From Tubiluchus corallicola (lineage: Eukaryota > Animalia > Priapulida), in assembly GCA_030141605.1 (NCBI GenBank), contig JAQGDQ010000342.1, positions 1 through 64,000 on the forward strand: a stretch of 64,000 bases of DNA. The letters are read 5' to 3'. Below are positions 12,851 to 28,030 of this stretch, piece by piece. Each line of letters begins with the position of its first letter. The first letter of the stretch is position 1. The position numbers and the translations under genes are program-made. The notes under the pieces were generated by a model. The model had not been told where the DNA came from. It ran no database searches and saw nothing but the letters and a program-made list of their open reading frames with translations.

Positions 12851-14331
12851 GGCGAATCAAATTGTATAATTATGTAATGCCCACATTGGTTGACCCCTGA
12901 CCCTGCTACTGAAAAAACTGAAACTGAGGATCATGGTGATACTATTAATGGTAAAATCAATTATCTTGTAACTTTCTGAAACTGCTTAATAGCTTGTGAA
13001 GAACTTGCCTGAGTGGCCACGTTGAGTGCCTGCTTACAAAGAAAAGCAACACAAGATTTAGTTAATAATTAGACTGGTGACTCGTCACCTGCCAGAAAAT
13101 TACCCTTTCCATTTTACTAATACGAAACGAATTCCTAAGTTCTGAAACATGGCGAATTTAACGCAAGCCCTTATTATGCCCTTCACAGCCCCTTCAGTTA
13201 GGGACCACTGGTGAAGAAGTGGCAAGTTCGGAATACACAACAGTACTTCCATACATGATGTTAACTATTTTGAAAAACAAAAGATCTCACATAAACCATC
13301 TCCTGTCACAGAAGCAGAATCTTAGCACAGTTTTATACACAGTCAAGAGCGCTCATTTTCCACCAGTGACGTCATTCATCGACTGAAAAACAGCAGCGCA
13401 CTGTCAATTTACATCAAAAGTACAAGTTTTTGCAAAAAAAAATAGATGGTCCAAAAATCATGCAACTATTATGATCTAAATGAAATTGAGGACGGGAAAC
13501 ATATTAATCGGATGTAACTCTTTCACAATGATGTTCCAATAAAGGTAAGGACAAGTCACTTACCAGATTAAATTTATTTTTCTGTTATCACTTAAACTTA
13601 GAAAAATATCATGCAGAAATTTGCAAAAAAACTGTCAGTAAAGCGTAAAGTTGATTTGTAAACTGCGCCTGCGTGAAAATTTTCAGGCGCGAAAATATCA
13701 CGAAATTAGCCATCTAATTGTTTTTTGCAAAAACTTGTACTTTTGATGTAAATTGACAGTGCGCTGTTGTTCTTTAGTCGATGAATGACGTCACTGGTGG
13801 AAAAATGAGCGCTCTTGACTGTGTCTAAAACTGTGCTAAGTTTCTGCTTCTGTGACAGGAGATGCTTTATGTGAGATCTTTTGTTTTTCAAAATAGTTAA
13901 CATCATGTATGGAAGTACTGTTGTGCTTGACATTACAAGCTTCAGTGTATTCCGAAGTTGCCACTTCTTCACCAGTGGTCCCTAACTGAAGGGGCTGTGA
14001 AGGGCATAATAAGGGCTTCCGTTAAATTCGCCTTAATGTTTCAGAACTTAGGAATTCGTTTCGTATTAGTAAAATGGACAGTGTAATTTTCTGACAGGTG
14101 ACGAGTCACCAGTCTAATTATTAACTAAATCTTGTGTTGCTTCTCTTTGTAAGCAGGCACTCAACGTGGCCACTCAGGCAAGTTCCTCACACTCTATTAA
14201 GCAGTTTCAGAAAGTTACAAGATAATTGATTTTACCATTAATAGTATCACCATGACCCTCAGTTTCAGTTTTTTCAGTAGCAGGGTCAGGGCTCAACCAA
14301 TGTGGACATTACTCATACAATTTGATTCGCC
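12851..14331. repeat. Long inverted repeat (foldback) with about 600-bp arms (12851-13449 and 13710-14331) and a 260-bp spacer
   Basis: The arms are collinear reverse complements with a few indels. Confidence 0.92.
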
Positions 14332-14842
14332 TCATCAAGACCTTACATTAGACGCACTTCGAGCCACTGTTAGGCAACACTGGAAGCATTGGTGTCTCCA
14401 CTTCCCAATTTTGGTTTTTGTCCACTAGCTGTGTCAGGGGTCAACCAATCTGGGAGAACGCATACCCTTCAATTCATCTCACCAGGAACTTTCATTTAAT
14501 CTACTACAATTCACTCTAACTCGACAACGGAAGCATTAGTGTTCCCGCCCCAATTTCGGTTTTTTTTGTAAATTTTCCCATACGCAAACAGTCCATATTC
14601 AGTCCTGCGCTACACCTCGACCCGGCCTAGCCACATACCAAAAATTATGTCCCTAGCTCAAAAACTGTAGGAGGAGGTCCAGCCTAACGGAAAAAAGAAG
14701 CCCCGCTCGCTCCACAACCTTTGAGCCAAGGGTGATGGATCACATATGAGCAGAAATCCCTTTGCCTGGGGAGTATGTCCTGTGAGTTTAGTTACCTTAA
14801 TCCAGTACATGTGCAAGTTATTAGCAAAACAAAAAGGCGTAA

Positions 14843-16047
<1,205 letters not shown>

Positions 16048-16908
16048 GCGGGGGTAAATCAAGAAGATTCCGCTGTAAGCACAATCTTAATAATAAAATC
16101 AGTAACTAAAACTTATGGTCTAGGAAAACCTAATGAAAGAGTCGTGTTTATATTGAGGGATATTATACATACTCAAATTAGAAAGTGCTTTTCTTTGCTG
16201 ACATTCAGTTTCTTAGTGTTTGTACGTTTTTGCCCCAATAAATTACATCATTAACCATAACAGTTTGAATTGAAAAGCTTTCCACGGACTGTTAGCATTA
16301 AACAAACACTTTCGCTTTTCGTCAAAACAACCGTTACAGACTTTGGCTGTTAGCTGCGCCTTATGACAAATGAATGATGTAAATGAAGCAGTTGAAGGGT
16401 TAACGAAAATAATCAGGTAATCCTAAGCAATTAAGTTTGGGATCAGTTTAGTTATATTAATGTCTTGTAAGAAGGGTCTCACTTTACTTTGAGTCCTAAA
16501 TCCAAAATAGTCTTTGTCGGTTAAAAAAGATCTTATACTATTGCTTATAATGCTTGCAATGAAAACTGTTTCTTCAATCAATTACATTCAATTTCATACT
16601 TAATTAGTGTTTTCTATGTTAATATTGTTAATTATTGTCATTTTCTACGACACATGTTATCATAATTCATGAACTTTAGAGAAGGGATTCCTCGAAGCTC
16701 TTTATAATCATGAAACTACCCTCACGCTTAAGAAACCATTTTCGTCAGCGTTGTGTTTTACACTTTGTTGATTTGCATATGTGTGAAATATCTCTTGAAA
16801 TATCTCGTGAAATAATTACTCTTGTGTCATTTATCTTATGACACCTCGTCAAACTCGCGTGAGCCTTGCCAACGCCGTGCGAACGTCGTCAAAGCTATGC
16901 AAAAGTTT

Positions 16909-17193
16909 TCAAGGTCATGTGAATCTCGACAAACCCGTGTGGTGCCTCATCAAAGTCATGTGAATTTCGACAATCCTGTGTGGTGCCTCATCAAGGTCAT
17001 GTGAATCTCGACAATCCCGTGTGGTGCCTCATCAAGGTCATGTGAATCTCGACAATCCCGTGTGGTGCCTCATCAAGGTCATGTGAATCTCGACAATCCG
17101 GTGTGGTGCCTCATCAAGGTCATGTGAATCTCGACAATCACGTGTGGTGCCTCATCAAGGTCATGTGAATCTCGACAATCCCGTGTGGTACCT
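16909..17193. repeat. 41-bp minisatellite, about 7 copies
   Basis: Unit CAAGGTCATGTGAATCTCGACAATCCCGTGTGGTGCCTCAT. Confidence 0.95.
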
Positions 17194-18439
17194 CGAAAGT
17201 GTGTCACGAAAGTACCTCATTATCAGTAAAAGAGATTAGGCTGGTTTAATTAGCTTTGTCACTTTCACCAATTAGAATAGTGTTCTAACGTTCATACCTA
17301 GTAGCCTAATTACTCCGTGACCGGGAACTTGTCATCAGTTGATAACAACCATTAATATCAAAGTTTATGCTTGCAGAGGAATTAATGAATGTTCTGAACT
17401 GCGCTGGTGACTGTTTAGAGCACTCAAATAACTGAAGTTTGCTCCTGGGTATTGAAGGTTATACTCATTTATGTTCTTAGGTTTTAGCTGGAGCGTGCAC
17501 AAGTGGCTGTAGGCCTGCTTGGAAAGAAATGGTCAAGTTGAACAAAAATAGCAGTAACATTATGGATATCCATAAAATAAGACCAAAAATCCATAAAATA
17601 AAATTTGAAAAATCCATAAAATAAGGAATGCATAAAGTAAAAAATATTTTTTTGTGATTTTTTGTACAAAGTAACGAGTTGTAAGCATTGGCAACACTGA
17701 AAACGAACGTTAGAAGGAGAGAAAGAGAAAGAAAACAAACCAACAAAAGCGCATTTCCGGATTGCTATCAAGATGGTGAAGTTTCAACCAAAGCATGAGC
17801 TGGAGTTCGGTCTGAAAATAACTGAGAGAGACCCAGCCATTGTTTCGTAAAATCTGATTAAATTTGAAGTGATATGAAACCGATAAAATTAAAACGAAAC
17901 CGATAAAATTAAAACTAAGTCCTGCGTGTTTAAAAACACGTTTCAAGCACTCCTGTTTTTACTTTTTAATTGATTTCCCCTGGGCATCTCGTTCCAGATA
18001 TAGTCTATTTCTTATTTTATTGATATCCATAAAATAAAATTTCAAAAATCCATAAAATAAGCTATTTTATTTATTTTACACATATCCATAATCTTATGCA
18101 CCCTGGATATCACCCGTAAACGCAGGTTCGTTAGTGACGAGCTTATTCTTCTCGCAAGCCAAGCGGCCTCAAAATGTTTCCAATGGTCAACTAAGCAAAA
18201 CTATTTCGTAATTTCCATTGTGGGGAAACATTGTTTTATTTACAACATCTGTTTCTGTACTTCCAGATCTTCCGAATACCTGAACTAGCTTTGCTAATCT
18301 TCATAGAATTAATTTTAGTTTGACAAAAAGCAAATGTCTAAATCTCTTACCATCACGTCTAAAACACGTTGTGCCTGGTAAAGTATTCCCTGGGTTTTCG
18401 CTGCATTGCCTGTGAGTGTTCAGGAGAAATATCTTCTTT

Positions 18440-18840
18440 TTAATTTGCTAATCGTCATATAATCGTCATATTCCTCAAAACCAGATAAGTCTTTTTACGG
18501 ATTAACTCTTCAATAAGAACATTTTCTATGTGCTCAGATGATCTTAGAATCATGTCATTTAAGAATTACTGCTGGTGTGCTAAAGAGACTGCGTGTTTCC
18601 TATAACAATGGTATCAGAAAGCTGTTTCGCTTAAACTATACGACGCAGTGCTTCTGGCATGTATGTAAACCTATCTCTACCCCATTTTAGTCACATTAGC
18701 AGAAGATCGTGTTATAGCGTTCACAACAGGTTATTACTGCGTACTGACGATAGTATTATAAGTGCTATTGCTGCTACTGTTAACTAATACAGGCTTGTTT
18801 GTTCGTGAAATGGAATGAATTATTACATAATTAGTTTCCT
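18440..18840 (+). mobile_element. Decayed non-LTR retrotransposon C-terminal fragment
   Basis: IRTFSMCSDDLRIMSFKNYC and LKRLRVSYNNGIRKLF, similar in type to the fragment at 32981-33331. Confidence 0.5.
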
Positions 18841-18887
18841 AAAATTTATTTAGCTTTTCATTTATTAACCCTGTATATATACAGGGT

Positions 18888-18957
<70 letters not shown>

Positions 18958-19289
18958 CGTGCGTGCGTGTGTGTGTTATATATATATATTTATTTATATA
19001 TATATATATGTATTTGTATTTTATTTGGTCTTAGCTAGCAGAATAAAATTTGAATTGAAATGAATTCAATTGACATTGTTGCTAGTATTTCCAAAAGCTC
19101 AATATCGACACTATAACGACACTGTTCATCAAAGCAACAACATACACTCACTAAAAGTACACTGTTGAAATAAGTAACAAGAGCCTCTCCGTTATAAACA
19201 GATTGCAGACAGAAGCAACAGAAAGTCTCTACTATTACAGGCACGTGCCTTGTTGGCAGAAGAAACATCTTCACGAAAAACACATTTCT

Positions 19290-20080
19290 GGTGAAAACAA
19301 CAAGGAACATCTGCACTATGAGACATGGAAACAACTATAAGCACATTGCTGATGGAAATGAGAAGAAACATACAACAAGGAACATCTCCACTATAAGCAC
19401 ATTGCTGATGGAAATGACAAGGAACATACAACAAGGAACATCTCCACTATAAGACATGGAAACAACAAGGAACATCTCCACTATAAGCACATTGCTAGTG
19501 GAAACGACAAGAAACATACAACAAGGAACATCTCCACTATAAGACATGGAAACAACAAGGAACATCTCCACTATAAGCACATTGCTAGTGGAAACAACAA
19601 GAAGCATACAACAAGGAACATCTCCACTATAAGACATGGAAACAACAAGGAACATCTCCACTATAAGCACATTGCTAGTGGAAATGACAAGGAGCATACA
19701 ACAAGGAACATCTCCACTATAAGACATGGAAACAACAAGGAACATCTCCACTATAAGCACATTGCTAGTGGAAACGACAAGAAACATACAACAAGGAACA
19801 TCTCCACTATAAGACATGGAAACAACAAGGAACATCTCCACTATAAGCACATTGCTAGTGGAAACGACAAGAAACATACAACAAGGAACATCTCCACTAT
19901 AAGACATGCAAACAACAAGGAACATCTCCACTATAAGACATGGAAACAACAAGGAACATCTCCACTATAAGCACATTGCTAGTGGAAATGACAAGGAACA
20001 TACAACAAGGAACATCTCCACTATAAGACATGGAAACAACAAGGAACATCTCCACTATAAACACATTGCTAGTGGAACAC
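19290..20080. repeat. Higher-order minisatellite with a 90-bp period built of 34-bp and 56-bp subunits
   Basis: The core AACAAGGAACATCTCCACTATAAG is followed alternately by ACATGGAAAC or CACATTGCTAGTGGAAACGACAAGAAACATAC. Confidence 0.93.
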
Positions 20081-20959
20081 ATGTATTGACAGAAGCAACA
20101 ACAACTATAAACACACTGATGACGAAGGCACAACAAGCACCCCCCCCCCCCACACACACACACCCCCACCCCCCCCACACACACACAAAGACTCCACTAC
20201 AAACACATTACAGACAGAAACAGCAACAGACATTTCCACATTAGGACTACACTACACTATGACACATTACTGACAAATGCACAACAAATATCTACACTAT
20301 AAACAAACCACTAACAAAAGCAGCAAAAACATCTCTACTAAGTAAACATATTATTGACAACATCAGTGTAACACAGTGAATCGGGTGACAAACCTTATTA
20401 AAGAAACAAAAACACAATAATTGAGTCATCACGTCAGCAGACAATTATATAATTGACCATCGCTCTTTTGTTGATCAAACTTGAAATGCGAGACTAGTAG
20501 AAAAGTGCCAAGCCATTAATGATTGGACACATTCATTCTATAAACCTAAAAGCTGTTTTCAACGTGCTTCTCTTCTCATGTTTTCGGAAAAACCGTTTCG
20601 ATGGCTTCAGTGATGATGATGACAGTCGAGTGTGACATAATGACATGATGACTCTCTCATTACAGCGAGCAAGGACAGTGCAAAATCCAGGGAATAACCG
20701 AGACCTTTAAAGGATAATAACGATTCTTACCAGAAACAACTCTTGACTTCCTATGGCTTCAGAATAAGGGTGCCAAGAAGTGATATCCTTAAAGGGGGAG
20801 AAGAGGGGGAATTTTAAACTACGTTCATGCAAAGGTATATTGCTTAGCACTACGCTTAGCTGTTTTAAAGACTTATGTAGTTGAAAAGAAATGTTTAATA
20901 ATTTAAAATGTTCGTGCCAACTGGTAAAACGGCATTGCATTACAATCCCAGTTCGCACA

Positions 20960-21300
20960 ACTCTTCTTCTTCTTCTTCTTCTTCTTCTTCTTCTTCTTCT
21001 TCTTCTTCCCTATTCGGGGTCGCCGTTGTGAATGAGTCTTCTCCACGCATTCCTGTTGTTGACCGTCTCTTCATTTTATGTCTTCCCTTCCCACATGATC
21101 TTCACCGACTCTTCTTTTCAGGTGTCCATACCATCGCAATCTTGCGAGGCTTCCACTACTTTTACTGTTCCTCTGATATTATTATTTCTAATTTTATCTC
21201 TTTTTGTTATTCCCACCATCCATCTCAACATCCTCATCTCCACCACACCCATTTTCTTCTCTTCGGTCTTCTTTAGAGAAGCTGCTTCCAGCCCATAGAT
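20960..21300 (-). mobile_element. 5'-truncated copy of an internally deleted RTE element with a (GAA)n tail
   Basis: Near-identical to 21977-22292 and to the reverse complement of 53258-53569. Confidence 0.9.
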
Positions 21301-21547
21301 TTTACTATTTAATAATCAATTATTAGAGGATGTTCTGTTGCATCTGAAGTGTCATCAAGTTAAAGTGGAGTATAGCATACTTGATAATTAGACATTATTT
21401 TCACCTTGACACTCTAAACTTCTACTGCAGTGATTAGTTTGTGCCTCTAGCCTGGTATGTAACGAGTACTCTAGGAGAGAAAGTCAATTTGTCATATGTT
21501 GCTAATTTGGCTTCTGGCATCGCTAGTTTTCACTTTGATGGCAGACT

Positions 21548-21765
21548 CAAAAGTGTAAACTGCTTTGTGAATTACTCTCTTTGACCAGCAAACTCACAAG
21601 TATGAACTGCTTTGTGAGTTATTCTCTTTGACCAGCACACTCACAAGTGTAAACTGCTTTGTGAGTTACTCTCTTTGACCAGCAAACTCACAAGTGTAAA
21701 CTGCTTTGTGAATTACTCTCTTTGACCAGCAAACTCACAAGTTTAAACTGCTTTGAGAGTTACTG
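21548..21765. repeat. 47-bp minisatellite, about 4.5 copies
   Basis: Unit AAACTGCTTTGTGAATTACTCTCTTTGACCAGCAAACTCACAAGTGT. Confidence 0.9.
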
Positions 21766-21976
21766 TCCACAAGTTATTGCAAACTATCCAACAGTTGTTG
21801 CGAGTTGATTTCCTGCAAGTTACTGTCTACAATTCTCGCAGTGAATAGCAAAGTGGTTGTCAGCTTGCGCTTATTGTCGGAGAATAACTTGTAGCAAGTC
21901 TTGCTTTCTTAATCTAAACATGCTTGCGAGTTACTTGGCAAAAAAACTCTTTAGTTCATGATTGCTAGAACTGATC

Positions 21977-22475
21977 ATTCTTCTTCTTCTTCCCAGCTTT
22001 TCCCTATTCGGGGTCGCCGTTGTGAATGAGTCTTCTCCACGCATTCCTGTTGTTGCCCATCTCTTCATTTATGTCTTCCCTTCCCACATGATCTTCACCG
22101 ACTCTTCTTTTCAGGTGTCCATACCATCGCAATCTTGCGAGGCTTCCACTACTTTTACTGTTCCTCTGATATTATTATTTCTAATTTTATCTCTTCTTGT
22201 TAATTCCACCATCCATCTCAACATCCTCATCTCCACCACACCCATTTTCTTCTCTTCGGTCTTCTTTAGAGAAGCTGCTTCCAGCCCATAGATTAGAGCG
22301 GGTCTAACCACTATCTTCGTGGACTTTCCCTTTAAGTCTCACCGACTCATTCATAGAAGGTTTTGGCGCAGTTTTTACAGGCGGATGCCCTTCCTGACCC
22401 TAACCCTCCCTATTTATCCGGGCTTGGGACCGGCACTGAGTTGTGTTGGCTTGCCCCCCCCCCCAGTGGCTAGGT
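21977..22475 (-). mobile_element. Full-length (about 500 bp) bipartite non-autonomous RTE element
   Basis: An RTE-type 5' UTR (CAGTGCCGGTCCCAAGCCCGGATAAAT...GGAAGGGCATCCG) is fused to the ORF C-terminus [33 protein letters not shown]...RRDKIRN and a (GAA)n tail. Confidence 0.88.
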
Positions 22476-25123
22476 TCCCAGTTCGCACACACTGACTCAC
22501 CAAAAGATACTTTTGCTCAGCTAGTCAAGTGTGTGCTGTGAATTATCAGGTTATTTTTTCAAACTGGTATTGTTATTTAACTTTGTTTCAAGTTAAATGC
22601 TTGTAAAATGGCTGCAAGGAATTTAAATTTATGAGACGTATGTTACTGCTAATGTAAAGCTTTGTATTCAACAGGACTTGTAGTAAGCGATATAAAATTC
22701 AAGATGATTTTTCAAGGTTTATTTAAGAAGAGTGTTTTCATGTGCGAGCAAAAGTCTGGCTTTAAAAGTCTTCACAAATAAGTAAATAAAATGCGTTTTT
22801 AAATTGATTAATTCACATTGCAAACGTAGCTATGTCTGACAACTTCAAACTCTCATCTCAAAAGTTTGTCTCACAAGTTTCTGGAGGTGCCTGAACCGTG
22901 TTGCATTCCGATTTAACAATGTGCCGAATTGCAAAAATCAAATGCAGTCAAACCTCGTTATAACGCCAGGCGTGGGACACTAGTAAATATAGCACTATAG
23001 CGCGGTTGGCTGTAAAGCGAGGTTCATTAAAATTTATGAAAGCGATTCTACTGTGTAACCTCTATTTCGTTTCCTATATTAATTTTAATAAATGATAAAT
23101 AGTATAATAATATTATACCGACAACAATACATGTGTCATACTGTACAATTTTGCTGCATTAGCAATGCAGGTGTAGCTCCTGGGGGTACGTTGCAAAACT
23201 TTTGCTTAAATGCACAACGCTCTGACTTAATGAAAAAAAACTGCTCGAGTTGTTTTCCTGTCAAAATATTGTGATTCATTCACGCTAACTATAAGCACTC
23301 TTCCCTTAGGATAACACTTTCGCTTTTGCTTTACTGGGTTTCTGCGATTACGTCATTGCATGCACACTCTTTCTCGAGTACTGACCGCGTTACCTTGTTT
23401 TTGCCTAGTTTATCCTGTATTAAGAGAGCAGCAGACACAGTAAGGACTGTTTTTTATTTATTAAAAAGAATTATAATCAACAATGCACGAAGATTCCACA
23501 TAGTGTTTTTCTACATTTCTGTAGCCTCTTGGCGATGATACTAAACTGACAAATTATTTGCAAACAAAATCATCTTTTCAGCTTTACATTATAAACATTA
23601 TATACATTTACACAATATACATAATACATTATAAAAATAAACGCAGCTTCTATCAAAAAATAAATAAATAAAAATATGCGAACGTTAGTGACAGCGTCAC
23701 GCTGTTTTCCAAGCGAAACAAAACGTGGCACCAACTCGTCCTCGTTTGTCCTGAGGGAGACAATAAAAGAGGATTACCCTTACTTGTTGCCAAACCGTCT
23801 CTCTTCCAAAGAGCTATGACGCTTCCTCTGAGACCTCCACGAAGTGCTTCAAGAATGTCTTTTGTACGTGTGTCGTCTGGTCAAGTTTTGTGAAAGAAAA
23901 ATGGACGAAAAACGCCAGTGATGGCAGTTTACAACCTCTCCCCCTATCCAGCAATCCAGCAATCTACGCCAAAATGCATCATTCTTGACCCCTCCCCCCC
24001 CCCCCAACCAACCTCCTCAAAACAGTTTCCTGGAAATCTGCTAAGCAGATTTGCCTAATAGGCTTATTGTCATATAGATAACAGACAGACAAAAAGTAAC
24101 TAAATAAACAAACAGTGTTGAAGCTTAACTAGCTTGCCAGAGATAAAAATAGCTAAAATAAATACCCCCCCACACACACACAATAACCCCAAACTCTCAT
24201 ACTCTCATAAGTGTGCCATTTTTCCTACTTTTCCATTTGTGCTCTTTTCCCGTTCCGTTCTTCCTGTGCCGTTTTATACGTATGCCATTTTTACCACGCA
24301 TCGCCCGTGGCATTTTCTTGTTAGTACGCCAAGACAAATGTCAGCTGAGCAAATGACTGACTAAAGAAATTAATGAATCGAAATTTATGACAAAATCGCG
24401 CGGAAAAATCTCGCCGTGAAAAGAGAAGAAATTCCAGAAGGCATAATAAAATGAGAGCGCCGATATATGTACTAGTATAGATGTACATAATTTATTGTTG
24501 ACAATAAGTGGTGCAAATGAATTTACGGCGGAGTTTATAGCTGAGTGGGCACGGTGTTTGCTTGGATACGGCGTTAAAGAACAAACGAATATGCGATCAC
24601 CTCGTTTCGAAGTTTTGGTCAGTAATAATAATTTGTTATTAGCGGGTGGTTGGTTTGCAGGGATGAAAAAAGAAAGATAGGTCTCTCTCTTTGTATCTCC
24701 AATCATTAGTGTAACATTATGACAAGTAGCTACTCAAAATCTGAAAGTTAACGTATTACGCTTGAGCATACAAAATATACAATGCGCGCAATGTCTCGCT
24801 TTGAAACAGTGCAAAATAAAGCAAATAAAATTTCTGACCAGTTACTTGGCTTCCTTGATTACCCCACCACAAACGGTTACTTCACGATATGACATTTTTC
24901 TTGCAAAACAGTTAAAATTTAATATGTTAAATGATTGTACGTATAATTGTATTTTAAGTTATGATGTACACTGTCTTGTAATAAACAACTTATGCTAGAA
25001 TCAACTATATGTCTGCTGTAGTAACTGTTATTACTGCTTTAATAATTGTAATACTACACTAAATGAATTAATTCCACATGTATTGGATTTCTGAATTAAG
25101 TAGCAACATTGTATATTACAATG

Positions 25124-25652
25124 TACAGGTTTTACATGTCAAATGTAGACCTGCGTTAACTCAAATGTAGATTTAGGTAATTCAAATGTGTCTTGGTAAC
25201 TCAAATGTAGACTTAGGTAATTCAAATGTGTCTTGGTAACTCAAATGTAGATTTCGGTAATTCAAATGTGTCTTGGTAACTCAAATGTAGACTTAGGTAG
25301 TTCAAATGTGCTAGCAATGGTTTTCAACAAATCTTAATAGGCTGAAATAAAGCGTCTTCTTGCAGATATTAGAGAAAATCTTCTAGTGCAGAATCACGGT
25401 CAGAGTATGGCAATATTAGCTCAGTTGGCAGAACAGTCTGTTAATATCATAAGGGCCGCAGATGCAGGCCATTTTGTAATTTGCACTTAAATGAGTTAAT
25501 TATCGATTTATTCAAAATAATGCATCTACATTTGACTTATCTAAGTCACATTTGAGTTACCAAAACACATTCGAAATTCCTATGTCTACATTTGACTTAC
25601 CTAAGTCACATTTGAACTTTGCTGTGTCTACATTTGATGTGTAAAACCTATA
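25124..25652. mobile_element. Foldback/MITE-like element with tandem subterminal repeats
   Basis: Ends TACAGGTTTTACATGTCAAATG and CATTTGATGTGTAAAACCTATA; TCAAATGT-core repeats are inverted across the centre. A second copy lies at 61965-62553. Confidence 0.8.
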
Positions 25653-27174
25653 CAACTTATTGTATGAGCTTATAGGCTTATGTACATCGAGAATCGTTTC
25701 TGTTATCGTATCTATTGTGCGGGTTTTGTAAATTTCGATTAAGTATTAACTAATGAACTAATCGTGTTTTTGAATTAACTATTACGAGTTGTTACATAGT
25801 CGAACTAACTAATTGTATGTTTCATCCCTGCACATAGTGGAAATACTGTGATCAGTAATAGTTACTGTGTTGTAAATCCACTCAAAATAAATAAATAAAT
25901 AATATATAACATAATGAGACAAGGTATAAAATGCAATCCTTTCGTATGCATTCCATATGAGCATGATTTGACTATATTGTTTAGATTTTCTATATTTTTT
26001 AACAAAATATATTACTAACTTTTGAAAATTCACACTCAAAAGAACTAAAACCTTTAGGCAACATTCAAATTGGTCTTGTAATTCGTAACTCGTTTATTCA
26101 AGCAAAAAACACATGATGTACATGTGCAACCATTTATGGACCTTATGAACAGGTGCATGAGAGGCTTATGAGAAGTACCGCAGCAGTAAACTTTGCTATT
26201 TTCGCTACCTTGCTCAGGAAATTCAAGAGTTTCAGAGACCAAGCCAATGGATAATCGACTATCTTGCATTCAGAAAGTCTCTCAGAGCCCGCGGAGTTAG
26301 TGAGGAGGGGCAGCATCGTATTGAAAAACTACATTGCTGAGAAGGATGTGGTCCATGTGGTGCTCTGAATTTCCGTTTAACTCCGGTTGGTGATCGAAGG
26401 ACCTTACGTCAGGCTGATTACGCACCTCATTTCCAAACTTATTGTCATCGCCATAGCAACAGGGTCCAGCAAAAAATAGATAAAAAAGAATGCCAAAGGC
26501 CCCTTTCTGATTTCTGTAAGACCTTGCTGCGATTAAAGAAAACTGGAAAATAATCAGTGTTCATAATGACTCTTAAGACTGTGCATTATTGTTTACATAA
26601 TTATTATTTGTTTGTTGTTTGCTTGTTGTTTGCAGCAACAAGCTTCAAACTCTAGAGAAAAAACGTCAAACGTCATTTAAGTGGCTAATTAGTAATTAGA
26701 CTAATAAGTAAGATACACTGACACAGCTAGCGAAAACCCATAAAAGTAGTAATTATTAATATTCAGTTTTATAATGTAACTTTCTACTTACCCAAAACAT
26801 TCGCGAAATAGCATAACTTGGGCTGTCATAAAAAACGAGACGAACCAAAACGAAACGCTGTGGTATTTTTTCATTGATTAGCGTCGAGTATTATTGATGA
26901 GATCATGAGACACGCACTTTATGAAACAGTTCCTTTCTTCTACAGTAACTGTTCTTGCTCCTCCTCCTCTCTCTTATTTTATTGTTTTCTTTCACTCAAA
27001 TCGTCTATTGTCTGAAATTGCTAGCATTTCAATTAACGCCTGCACACGGCAACAAGGTTATATTGATTACATTTTAGTAGTAACACGTGTATAAAAATAA
27101 TGTCAGAAAGTTTCAGAAATCTTTTCGAAATCTAACTGACCATTTAGATAAATGAATTGAATTTTTAAATGCAG

Positions 27175-27418
27175 TCTAGACGGTGAACGGGTTATGAACT
27201 CAAGCGTATTGTAAGTACCGTATGTTTTCTTGACGAAATCACATTACAAACACCTGCGAGAGCACGTCGCACACCTGAACTGCATTTTAAATTACCTGCC
27301 TTCTCGTTTCCGCAGTGACAATAAAGGCTTCGAATTGCAGTACGAGAAAAACCTGCGCAACAAGTATTGCTCCCCGGAGTCTGAGGAACGACTCGTAGAC
27401 TGCAAAGGATGTGATTAA
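27175..27418 (+). CDS. Candidate two-exon 3' end of an unidentified gene (27175-27210 and 27316-27418)
   Basis: Phase-compatible TGCAG/GTAAGT and TTCTCGTTTCCGCAG sites give LDGERVMNSSVFDNKGFELQYEKNLRNKYCSPESEERLVDCKGCD*. No family was recognised. Confidence 0.35.
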
Positions 27419-27479
27419 TTAATAGAAGTCGCTGCGTGAATCCATGCATGATAAAAGTAGGACGTGATATAAACAGATT

Positions 27480-28030
27480 AGCTAATTATAGTCTGTAATT
27501 ATAAGTGGCACAAATTTTGTCTCTTTGTATCATACTTATGCAGTTATGTAAAGATGCACGCACAAAGGGATACAAATATTTAGACAATGTTATGTCTACA
27601 ACGGATCATGTAGACATATAGACAGATGTAGAGAGACGAAAGACTCATGTCCGAGTTTCTGATCGTACAAAATGCAAGATTTATTTGGAAATAAATCCCA
27701 ATTTGTATGGGAATGTATGGGAATTTGCTTCCAATGTATGGGAACACAGAGTTACCTGAGCACAAACGTATAATCATCACAAGAATAAGGGTCTCATCAC
27801 ACAATCTAGCTATAGAAACAGGTCGTTGGGTAAATGTAGCTCGTGAGCGCAGGCTGTGTCTTTGTGGAGAAATTCAGACAGAAGAGCATTTTTTGTGCGA
27901 GTGCCATGAAAATGCACTTTATAGATCACTGTACGCGTTAAATTATAGTAATATTTCAAATTTGTTTGATAGAGAATTAATGTCAATCGGAAATTTCATT
28001 TACGACTGTATGCATAGATTTTTGAATTAG
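27480..28030 (+). mobile_element. Non-LTR retrotransposon 3' fragment with a C-terminal Cys/His knuckle
   Basis: ITRIRVSSHNLAIETGRW...RERRLCLCGEIQTEEHFLCEC. Confidence 0.8.

Noticed and set aside
16909-17193. CRISPR-like appearance of the regular repeats here and at 2916, 43083 and 59191
   Set aside because: The units are head-to-tail with no unique spacers, there are no cas genes, and the context is eukaryotic.
19335-20244. Repeat ORFs on both strands (MSYSGDVPCC...)
   Set aside because: They are translations of the 90-bp minisatellite.
22873-22945. Minus-strand FRHLQKL segment as another LRR exon
   Set aside because: It has no acceptor, is in the wrong phase, and abuts a MITE-like terminus.
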